A stretch of DNA of 64,000 nt from positions 248,001 through 312,000 of the forward strand of contig NW_020844152.1 in NCBI RefSeq assembly GCF_003704095.1, written 5' to 3'. How positions within the stretch are numbered: the first letter of the stretch is position 1; every line of letters begins with the position of its first letter. Below are positions 39,042-64,000 of the stretch, piece by piece. This DNA is from Pocillopora damicornis (Eukaryota). A model generated the notes under the pieces. The model did no database searches. It had not been told where the DNA came from and saw only the letters and a program-made list of their open reading frames with translations. The position numbers and the translations under genes are program-made.

Positions 39042-42000
39042 ATGAGTGCTGAAATAGATACGCACATAACGAAGAAGTATGAAATCAAGAAACGTTTGGG
39101 AAAAGGAGTAAGTAACTGGCTTTTATCGTTGAGATTTGGCGCAATGCGCGCCATGTTTCACCGCAAGTTATCGATTTGCCGGCGAGTTCGCTCTTACTAA
39201 GTTTCACGATGTTTGTAGGCTTATGGAATCGTCTGGAAAGCTATCGATCGACGAACGGGAGAAGTCGTTGCCGTCAAAAAGATTTTTGACGCTTTTAGAA
39301 ACCAAACTGACGCTCAGGTATGTGTTGTACATAAATTTTGCCGCGTGATGTACTTTGGACGCTATTTCTATGAAATATTTGGATCTGTAAAGAAGAGTAC
39401 TCTCCTGTATGAACCACTCGAAATTACGGAATTGTAATTATTACTCATCATTGTGTTATACTTTGTATTACAGAGAACCTTTCGTGAGATTTGTTTCCTT
39501 CAGGTATGTAATTTAAATAACTAGTGAAAATTTTTCGTAGAGGAAGTTATATTTTTGTACCGCTGTAGTCTTTCATTTTCTGCGCGAAATGTTGATTTCC
39601 GTGTCCTGTGTTTATTCCAGGAATTTGGAGATCACGACAACATCATCAAACTGCTAAACGTAATAAAAGCAGATAATGATAAAGACATCTACCTGGTTTT
39701 TGAATATATGGGTAAGTTAATTTTTGAATTAATTGTGAGTTTTGAATCCCAATCATAGAATTTGTTCATTCAACTTTAGGGTTTTAGTTGAAACCATGAT
39801 TTTGTGATACATACATAATTTTTATGAACCGACATTAAGTTGAGCCTTGGAATATTCCAGTTCATATTGCTTAAAATCAGACATTTCGTTCAGGGCCAAT
39901 AGCCGACTCGTTTAGCTTATGCTAAAATGGGATCGCGTCTGTTTCCTATCGTGTTTTGGTAATTTGCATGTTCGGCCTCCTTCGATTATATTGAGTAATT
40001 TCCTTCGCTCTAGTTCTCTTAGTTTAGGTGAGCATGCCGAGTATCTTAGTTTCAGAGCCGATATTCGAGGAAGCTAGTGTAATTCTATGGCCTAACACTA
40101 AATAACACACAACTTTCTACGTGAAAAGAATGAAATTTGTTCACCAACGATGAAGCATCGTGCTTTTTTATTAATCATAACATTCGGTAATCCGTGCAAT
40201 TCATTATGCTCTTGAATTCGTGACAGATAAAGAAGAAAAGCAAATCAACAATATGGTATTTTGAGGGAATGTCTGGTTTCTGACATTTTCAATATTATGT
40301 ATTTTGGTGTGTTATTTATTCATATTTCTAGAACTTGTGTATTGTGATTTGAACGTTTAATATTCATAATTCTTAAGGGGTTTGGATTAACTCATCCCTT
40401 TGGAAATTGTACAAGAACTTGTGGCTGCATGAGTGCTTCAGTGCACAAGTGTGATTGGACTAGATCTATTTTCAGCTTGCAAGTCAATAATTTTAACATT
40501 AATTTCTCTAAGTTTTAAGAGTACTCCACCTAAAGAGCAAGGGTAATACAAGTTTATGAACTTTCTTTCAGTTGTCAAACTTTCAAGCACAGTTCGATTT
40601 GGATTGCAAATTTTCTTCATCTATTATTATGATTTTTAAGTGCATGGACATGAAATACTTGTATGATGAACGATCCTAAAGACAGAACCATTTGTAACCT
40701 TTTTCTCTATTTTAGTCCCTAATAGCTTTTCAAATTGTCATTTTTGCATTCCATTTCACAGCTTTGTGGTCAAATCCTAGTGTTAGCACCTGTAAGCCTT
40801 ATGGTACATCACTTACAACTATGAAAGGATGTAGGAATTTTGACCAGTGATTTACATCATCAGTTGAAATAGTTAACACATTTATATCAAAATTAGGAAT
40901 TAGCTGTGTTTTTTACACTTTTGATTTTACTGACAGATACTGATCTTCATAATGTAATAAAGAAAGGAAACATTCTTAAAGATATACACAAAAGATATAT
41001 TATGTATCAGGTAAGGTACTTCAGTTTAATAAATTAGTATAAAGTTGATTACAGGTGGAAAACAGTTGTAACTTCTCCTGAAGAAGACACTAAGGAATCA
41101 TAATATTGTATCATTTAAATTTCTATGCATTTCAATTCTTAATATTAAGCGGGAAATTGTACCTGTCAGAGTTGGGTTTATTAACTTGCCTCATACATTT
41201 ATTGAAGACCATTATGGCAATTATTTTGAAGAGTAGAACTCTTGCATAAATCTAAGTGCTCTAAATGGCTGAAGATCTTTGAAGAACTTTTCCCAGAAGC
41301 TTTTAATTAACTTAATTTATTGTCAAAGGAAGGCATCAAGCGTGATGTGCTTTTCTCGCCAATGATCAATATTGTTTGAGAGTTTTCTGTATTGTTCAAT
41401 GGTCATAAGACAAAATTCTCATTTTAAAATCTACTCTGAATTTTTTGTGCTTTCATTCTCTGGATACAAACATTATTTTGTACTCACAAAACTTTGAAAA
41501 TCATCTTGAAGGTTAAATTTAAAATCTTGATGTATAGTTGGAAATTATCATCTCATTATATGAGGGGCTGTTTAACATCAGTGGACATTATATTTATCAT
41601 AACGTACTAGTCATTTTTAAGATGAACAAATGTGCCTTCACATGTAAGAATTTATGGATTGCTGATCATGTTTTATTCTGTTCTTGGCAAGTTGTAACAT
41701 CTTTGGAATGTTTTGGATGGTGGTATTATTCGCCCCTTTAATGGTAATTAGTTCCTTCTGTGACATCAGGAGGGAGAACCCTCCATTTTATCAGCAGTAT
41801 ATTGGATATATGGTTTGTAATATTGTGATTATTTGTGCTGCAGATATTTAGGGCAGTTATGTACCTACACTCAGGAAATGTCATACACAGAGATCAAAAG
41901 GTATGATAATAATTCATAGTACATCTTCCTAATTTTCATATTTGTTCTGCAAAGCTGAGTGGTATTCAAAAGATTTTTTTGGCTTAACATGCAGTGGAAA

Positions 42001-42108
42001 GTATGCTGAAAAATTATAGTATAACATGTAACTTTTCAAAATGTAATTCATCATCCAGCAAATAGGGATTATAGTAGGGAGAGGTTGTTGATGGAATACC
42101 AAATTCTC

Positions 42109-42144
<36 letters not shown>

Positions 42145-45100
42145 GAGATGTATGGCAGCTAGAAGAGAGAAACTGTAATCAGACTGTGGAAGTTGATGGG
42201 ATTAAAATTATCTCAGGATTTGTTTAAAAAGGCTTGGCAAATGAGTCGAAAAGCAAGTTTACAAGGTATTCTTAATTTTCTTTCAGCCAAGTAATGTCCT
42301 CCTGGATTCAGAGTGTTTTGTTAAGGTAAGTCATAAATTTTTATCAAATGTTGCAAGATTTCCAGCTAGAATGGTAGGAATAAACTATGATTTATGATGT
42401 ACTCCTTCTTTAGCACATTCATTCACATTCATTCTAATATACAGATGTAGTGCTGTTGTTGTTTTATTGTGTTTATATACTCAAAGAATATTTTACTGTA
42501 ACATGCCAGGTTTGTTGAATGAAAATAGCAAGGATGAAAAATACTCATTTTAGGCAGGATTCATAGTATTTCTATTTACCTGATTGATTAAATTGCACGT
42601 TGCAGATGTGTGACTTTGGTCTAGCTAGATCAGTTACCAGTATGACGCAAGAAGCTGGTGATCCAAGTTTAACAGATTATGTGGCAACACGCTGGTACAG
42701 AGCTCCTGAAATTCTGCTAGCATCACCAAGGTAAAGCAAGAGAATCTCTTCATCTTTAATAAGTTCAAGAGCTTTAACTTCATATTTCTAAACGTGTCTG
42801 ACATAGTGTTAACTACAATCATTGTAAAAATTATTTTATCATTTCTTCCTCTCAGGTATACAAAGGGTGTAGATATGTGGTCTCTAGGATGTATTTTAGG
42901 AGAGATGCTTTTAGGTAAGTTCAAAATCTGTCACTTGAAGAACTTACTTGATGCTCACCTCTCTCCTCTCATTGTCATTTTTTCAGCTGAATTTTTTTCT
43001 TCGTTCATAATCCAAAAGCTTTAGTGTGGCATTCAAATTATCACAGTCAGTCAATTGTATGTGAAATACTGGTAATTCAGTTTAAGGCTTGGCTTCCATT
43101 CAGTTAAGAGTATCTGAACCACCCAATTGGAGTAGAGGGAAATTCTAACTTGTATTTGTTTTTGTAAAAACTGAAGAAGAAATCATCTTTACCCGTACTG
43201 TATTTTGCATTTTTTATTAACAATTGTACTATGGTTGCAGGGAAACCAATATTTCCAGGAACATCAACTTTAGATCAAATAGAGAAAATTATGACAATAA
43301 TCCCAACACCATCTAGACAAGGTAATGTTGCTGTTGGCAAAATCCCTCATTTCTGTGATAGTGTGAAATTGCAGTTTGTTGTCAGTGGTAGCTAATGTTA
43401 CACCCATGGTTTTAACTCCTTTGCTAAGGAGGAAATTAATTTTTTGTCATTTTCTTCTGAAAATTACTTGCTGTTACAGCTGTATTAACATGATCTTTCT
43501 TCTGTGTATCATAGATATTGACAGCATCAAGTCACAATACAGTTCATCAGTGTTAGACAGAATGACCTGCAAACCTAAGAAAAGTCTTGAAGAAATTCTT
43601 CCAAATGCACCACCAGATGGAATTGATCTGTTGAAAAAACTACTTCAGTTTAACCCTGACAAGCGACTGACAGCAGAGCAGGCTTTAAGTCATCCATATG
43701 TAGCAAGATTTCACAACCCTGAAGAAGAACCATCAATGGACTATGATGTGATTCCTGCCCTGAATGACGATGTTCAGTTAAGCGTGGAGGAGTATCGTGT
43801 TAAACTTTATGAGGTTGGTTTGAGGCTTAATTTCAGCTTGAGTGTCACGAAAGAGTCTAGTTTTGAGGCGGGATTGTTTAAAAAGTGACTGTAGTTATTT
43901 TAATAGCTTTGGACTTTTCAGTTGAAATTTTTTGTGGTAAATTTTGTGACACATCTTAGATGGTATACTCATTATTAACCTCTCTTTATTGTTTTTTTGG
44001 CAGAGTATCATTCAGAAGAAAACCACCATCAGAAGAAAAAGAAGGGAGATTTTTCTTCAGGATCAGAAGCAGAAACATGCACAGGCTGCTGAGCAAGCAA
44101 GGCAGCAGGAGAGGGAGTCTCAGCCCCTCAAACAAGTTGAAAACTACACTCATACTTCAAGCATCACTCAAGCACACCAACCCACACACAGCTCACCAGT
44201 CAAATCACCTGTTCATAGGAGTGAGGGAGTGACTGTAGCTTTTGGAAGAACTACCAAGATACAGCACCAAAGATCACCTTCTGCTGGAAAGAGCATGGTG
44301 AGAAGGCACAGCTTAGAAAATGACAGTGTAAGCACAGTTCAGTTGTCTAGTCAGCTTTTACTCTTTCCTTAACCTTCATCTCTCTTAATTATTTTGTATA
44401 CCTTCAAATCACAGAAGATTTGTTTCCTGTCCTTACAGGTTATGTCCCCACCAAGGCAAAACCCAGCAGGACGTGCAAGGCCCATATCTGCACAAGTGAA
44501 GCCCAAGAACACCATAATCACACGTAGTAATAGTGCTGACAAACTTCTACAAGTGACAAGTGCTCGCCTCGTAAGTTTTCAACTGATCTTACTCCTTATT
44601 CTCAAATCTAATTACCTTGCATGCTAGTCTTGAGAACATATTTTGCTATTTAACACAGTGTCCTGTATAAAGTATTTTACTTGTATCACTTGTTCACTTG
44701 AAGATAATGTAGTCCCATCTGTTCATTCATTGAGTGAGTTGAAGGGTTAGATTAATCAAAGCAGGAGTTGTTGTAAGAATGAGGCTATTCCCTTCTTTCT
44801 GTTTTATTTGCTTGTTTTCATTTTTACCTCTTATTTTTTAATTTGCGATATATATTAGTTTTCCAGTCTTCTTCCTCATTAGTTACCCATATTGGTATGG
44901 ATAGGAACTTGATCTTGTTGCACTCTCTAATGGTCCTTTAACCTACTGTATATGTGTAACTTGAATTTCATAAGTAACCTCCTTGTTTGGTTCTTAGGTT
45001 CCAGCTCAAAGACCTCCTTCAGCTAAAGCAATACACAGACCAGCCAGGAAACCTGTCCCCAATCCTAATCTGAGTCGATCCCCTTTTGAAAGTTATGCAC

Positions 45101-45159
45101 AAACACATGGAACAATATCAAAAAGTTCACTAAAATCTCTACAATCCAGAGTTTGGTAA
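39042..45159 (+). CDS. MAPK15: Mitogen-activated protein kinase 15 (ERK7/8), 14 coding exons
   Basis: [30 protein letters not shown]...TDAQRTFREI, diagnostic HRDQKPSN, DFGLARS...[45 protein letters not shown]-terminal [14 protein letters not shown]; stop 45157-45159. Confidence 0.96.
42112..42139. repeat. (TA)n microsatellite
   Basis: ~14 TA units in a MAPK15 intron. Confidence 0.9.
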
Positions 45160-47635
45160 ATTTATTATCTATAGGCTCTTTTATAATTGAACCGTTTTAT
45201 TGCTTGAAATTTCTCAATTGCTTTCCTGAGGTTATCCACAGGGAACTTTGTACTTAATTAATTTATTCAGTATGTAAGTGTAATAAAGATATAAATCAAT
45301 TTATGCAGACTTTGAATTTTGCTTAGCTTCTTTTTGCCACAGTTTTATATGTTGGGAAAGTACTACTTTAACAATTTTTATGTAAAAATTATTGAGTTAG
45401 TCAAATTGTAAATAAATTATATCAGCAGCCAAATGATTGTAAAAATTATTGTAAATCTCTTAATTACCTGCTAAATTGAAAAGTGATCACATCAAAGCAT
45501 TTTTTCTTATCAGCAGTTCAGAGTATTATTTTGCCATATGAAGTACAATTAAAGGAAACATCTTTTCCACCCAATATTTAAATTTCGAGTTTATTTGCAA
45601 GATTTTGTAGATGATAGTATTGAAAATTGAGTTAGGAAACTGTGATATTTCAAAGAACAATTGTTGTTTTGAGAAGTATTTCTATAATATGAAGCTTACA
45701 TGTCAGGGTAAATTAAGGCTACAACTCAGAAACAAATGCTCATACTAAGGAAGAGTTCAATAAACTGTCATTCTCTCTACATCTTGATTCTCTTTACATT
45801 ATATTGACCACAACTGAATTCAGCTAATTTCCTTGAAATTTCTGTGAATAGTAAGTTATATTTTGGAAGAGGAAATATGGTAGATTTGTACATATTGCTT
45901 CTGTTGCATATTTTTGTCTCTTGTATAACTATGGAAAAAGTTGAGGATTTATTGTCAACTGTGGATTTGTCAAAAATAAACTTTCAAAGCCTAGTGTTGC
46001 CTACCAAGTAGTTTGTCAATTGATTCTTGACTCCACCTGCTAAAAATTGCAGGAAGAGAAATAAGTTTCATGTCGGTAATGAATTACAGTACTCATCACC
46101 AAAGTAATTTTCCTGCCTGCACTAAAAAGTTCGAGATACCCCCAAAAAAGGTCTGGGAATGACCCTGGAGTTCCTATGATCAATATAACAACTAATTAGG
46201 TTCCAAGAGGGGTTTTTCCAGAACAATCTGTCGTGTCTTGTAGAGAGTACAAAATGCTGTTGTATGCAATTGTCTGAGTCTGCCTCTGAGTTTGAGGGCT
46301 GAGAAAGTAGTTGTGAATATAGAAATGATAATTCATTTTCTGTACAAAAGTGACCAATGTTACCTGGGCCCTGAAAAGCTGTGCTCCCAAGCTTAGTATC
46401 AATAATTGTTCTATTATAGTATTCTGTACCTCAAAACATTCCCTGAATAGAGGATATCAGCCTACTCTGCTGAATGTTGTTGAGACAAAAAGTAGATGGA
46501 AGAATTTTGTGAACCCAAATCATATCAATACAAAATCAAACGGCAAAATTACAGAAGCATCTTTTATTGTCTTAAGGCACTAAATTAATCACGTTTGCTC
46601 CTACACAGAAACAAGAGTTCTGAGCGTAGTAACGTACAAACATACGAGAGGTATAATGAACTTCATCAACAGGAAACACCGACATTTTGCATGTAAAGAT
46701 CTCAAACAGATTGTAAACAGAAAACTGTGGAGGTTTATGAAAAGAAGGAGGAAAAATTTCATCTGCCAAACTGCTCAATTCAACACTGATAACTCGCAGG
46801 ATTTAAACCTTAGTGTAGGATAGACTGCATTTCTGGAGTCCCCAGACTGCTTTGGACAACTTTAAAAATCTCTCCAGTCTTTCAAGAGACACTGACCGTA
46901 GTGCACTAGATAATAATGTGACTGACTAAAACTTCCCGTAAAATTGAAAAAGAGAGAGAAAAATGGAAGCTTTTGATGTCCTCAACTGGCTTTTGACAAC
47001 AAAATTCTTCAAGCTAAAGACTTGATCACTTAATTTTTTCGCTCTTTGAGCAGTTTGCTCATTAAGTACTTTTCATCGTCAGTACCCTTTTTAAAATTTC
47101 CCGTTATTTAGATGGGCTATTAAGATTACTTAAGTAAAGTTTTACAACGCTAATTAGAAAAATCTTTAAAAATCCTAAAACCTAAATTCCCAAAAACTTT
47201 CTTTACAGCCACCTAAACAGTCATTTTAAGCTTAGCTATGAATAATCTTTCTTTCTTTTGTCTATTTTGCTGCACTGCTAAGTTTTGAGAATTGTTTCAA
47301 CTTCTTTGCTGGAACACAATCTCGAAGGGGTTTCAGAACAGTTTGTGCACTTTTCAAAATAAGCCAATTTTTTAAGTCCATCATTTGAGATAAATGTTTA
47401 TCTTCTCCATCCTTAAGTGTGCTCATTCCGTTTTGGTTTTTCTACCCTTTCACGTGTTTGTCCATCTGAGCAAAAAATTACTTTCACGTTTATTTGCATG
47501 AAACGAAATTTGGTGTCGTGTCACAACACTTGATAAGACCCCTTGTATATTTAGAGCTTCGCACTATCTCTTATTCTTTTGAAAAGAAAACCTCACTGTC
47601 TTCTTTCACTCTTAATAAAGACGGATCTTGGAAAA

Positions 47636-47988
47636 AGGGAGTTTAAAATGTCACAACGGTAAGGCCTGGGAAAATGTTGATTGAAATAAATATTTAATTT
47701 CTCCTGAGAATTTTGAGAGTAGCTTGCCTGCTACGACGTCGTCAGACCTTCCATTCAGAATAGCATGTGAATGTAGGGTTGAGTTTAAAGGAAAAACGTG
47801 AATACTTTACTGTCGGAGTTCCCATTCTCAGAGTGCGCAAAATTTGGCGATTTAACGCTGTTACCTTGGAGAGAAGGACTTGAAAATGTATAACGTTTTA
47901 AGACGCAGGGTCAAAGTTATTGTTCTGCTCATTAAACCTTTCGTTTTGCTACGTTCTCGTTGCAGTCATGGTTTTCTTTAAACTCCTT
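47636..47988. mobile_element. ~350-bp MITE in the probable USP32 3' UTR
   Basis: TIR agggagtttaa / ttaaactcct with subterminal attaaacct...acgttctcgttgc, resembling an abundant coral MITE family. Confidence 0.65.
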
Positions 47989-48439
47989 ACTGAGAGTTAA
48001 TGAAGAAATCTACAGCGGCTCTCATTCGTATCAACGTTAAATCAAGTCTTCTGTGCATTTTTATAAAATACACAGGGCTTTAAGTAGATTACGTAAGAAC
48101 ATTCCAAATGGGAAAAAACAATTAGTTTTCATTCAATTTCCCATAATACTCAGACCCCCTTCCCGGAAAAAATTAATGTCGCACATTGACACAGAAGAAT
48201 GTCATCGAAAAAAGTAATTCAACGAGCTTAAAGCACACAAACAAATAATGGGTACGCTAATATTATTCCTTTCATAATTTGTGTGATACCAGGGGAATTT
48301 AAAAATAAAATTTCTATGTCGATATATTTACAGCATTTTTGATAATTTACATTTGCGTAAGAGTTCATCCCATAAAAGTTTCAATAGAAAAATTGTCTTT
48401 AAATTAGTTTTGTTCCTGTGCAGAATATTTTTTAGGGTT

Positions 48440-61916
<13,477 letters not shown>

Positions 61917-62840
61917 CTGCAAAAGGAAAAAAATCATTGAGTATTTTGATACTAACCTGAATAAATTTTGTGTTTATTTTGCAAGGGAAAGTGTAGAGAT
62001 TGTTTACATTGAGGTAAGTGAGTTTTGCCTTAAATTGCCCAAAATATATACTGATCAGCTCAGGTTGTAGAGCACCAATCACCCACCAAAAAGAAGTGAA
62101 GAAAATCTCAATGAACCAATTTCAATTTCAGTTCACCTAAAAAAGGGGAAAAAACTTAAAAAAATACAAAGTAAACAAAAATAAACATTTGAACACTAAA
62201 GAAAAACATAGGCACGGTATGCATGCAAGAGTTATTTTTTGGGGAAGGGTGAATTAATTGGAACGTTGTAAGTGATGTCTACATTTTTACAAAAGAAAAG
62301 AAGAATATTAATGAAGAACAAAAATGTTAAATTAACTCACACACAGATATTTTGTGGTAGATTGTGTGTTGTGCGACTAACTGTAACCAAAAATAAACTT
62401 TATTGGTGCCATGGATACTTGTTAGTACAAAATACAGACTGCAGACTGGATACAAAATGTAGACCAGGTGCAAAATGTAGACTGCAGACTGCGGAGTAGG
62501 TACAAAATCCAGACTGAGAATCTAAAGATTTTTTTCACCTGGTATGTGATAACATGTCATCTTACAACTTACTGAGTGTTATGCAATCCCTTTACCATGA
62601 TCAGCTTTAACGATTATTTGCACTATTGTGTACAATTCCTGGCCCATTTCTTGATCAAAATTGATCTTAATATAATTTTAAGCCTTCATATAGTCTTCTC
62701 ATTTTATGCATGAGTTGGTTGGTATGTCTGTACAGATTTTACCAATATAATAAAAGTAACAAAAGTAATAAAATGTAATAACATTATTTTGATAATATAT
62801 TTTTATTACCAACATAATAAAAGTAATAAAAGTAGATGTA

Positions 62841-63657
62841 TCATATTTACTCATGTATAAATTGACTTTTTAGGACCAAAAAATCAGCCCAAAAAATCAC
62901 CCTCAACTTATACATGAGTCATACACATAGACCTGACCCAAGCAATCCAAGAAATTAGCATAACAATTGTCTGAAGTCCATAAGGAAAACTAATTTTATA
63001 AAACCAGTTCGAATTGTGTTCGAGTTTTATCACTTTTCAGCACATTCCTCGTCCACAAAAAAAATTTGAAATAATAAATTTTGAGTGGCTTAACACAAAA
63101 CTACTAGAACTGATTTATATTGTGTCTTCGGATTGTAGAACAGTCATTTTTTCTAACAGCTTGGCTGTTGTTTACAGTGCTGAACTTTTGATTTCATTGA
63201 ATGATTACAGTAACTTAGTAACCTGGCAAATGCCTTTGTCTCACATGGTCTTGCTTGTTACATGTGATCCTTCGAAGCTATTCAAGTGTTCCTTCACTTT
63301 ACTCAAATTAATCTCCTTTCAAACTCAACATTGAGATAAAGGTTTGTTAAATGCAAGAAGATTCCATTTTCAATGTGATTTACAAAATATGGTAAAATAC
63401 TTCTCCCATAAATCAAAGTGTCCTTGTGTGCTTAAATTGTGGTGATATAAACAAGTGCTGATAAACTTCAAAGCACTTGGTTGCATTTTGCTTTGCAGTT
63501 TTTTAATTCCCTGTGCTTTCAATACATTCCAAGAAATACGAGATTAACTTTTGGGAAATTTCTATCTATCTGAATTTTACTTCTTTGACTACAAATGATG
63601 AAAAACCCAATTTTTTAACTTAAAAACGGGGGTCAACTTATACACAAGTAAATACAG
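62841..63657. mobile_element. ~820-bp non-autonomous Tc1/mariner/pogo-type DNA transposon in a USP32 intron
   Basis: TA-flanked imperfect TIR tcatatttactcatgtataaattgac / gtcaacttatacacaagtaaatacag, with an internal TIR copy near 62904; no transposase ORF. Confidence 0.65.
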
Positions 63658-64000
63658 TAGATGCAAACAAGATGTCACTATTGAATATTTAACACATGTA
63701 TGCAGTATTCGAGAAACAATTGACAGCTTTGCACATATTATCATTTTAAGTGGTACCTGTTTATTTTGTTGACAAAAACGGGGACCAAGACCTAAACTGT
63801 TCCTTTGACTTTTCAATGTTAGTAGATTACATCATATTAACTTATCTCCATAACTCATTCATTCCAGATAACAAAATCAAATAAACATGTCAGTGATGGT
63901 ATCTGAATTTGTCCTTGGCCAAACACAAATGACTTCATAAGATCACTTTCTTCAGGCATCAAAAACATACACAAAATCATCCATAGTTAATTTTAATCAG

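Overview
AT-rich, intron-dense animal genomic DNA. The interspersed repeat families look like those of scleractinian corals (Pocillopora/Stylophora-like); this is recognition from memory, not a search. Nine protein-coding loci could be reconstructed from splice signals and protein motifs: ELP3 (5' part, -), an intronless PH-domain gene (-), RPS21 (+), an intronless short ankyrin-repeat gene (+), RTEL1 (-), a stathmin-family gene (-), a class II aldolase/adducin-family gene with a mitochondrial-like presequence (+), MAPK15/ERK7 (+) and USP32 (3' part, -, with a 100-N gap). There is also one intron-containing tRNA gene and many MITE-like palindromic repeats. The two most notable observations are (1) a structurally intact, intron-containing tRNA-Ile with anticodon GAU, an isoacceptor eukaryotes normally lack, and (2) a stathmin with five tubulin-binding repeats at exact 51-residue spacing (vertebrates have two). 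Most short ORFs in the supplied track are exon fragments, antisense shadows or noise.
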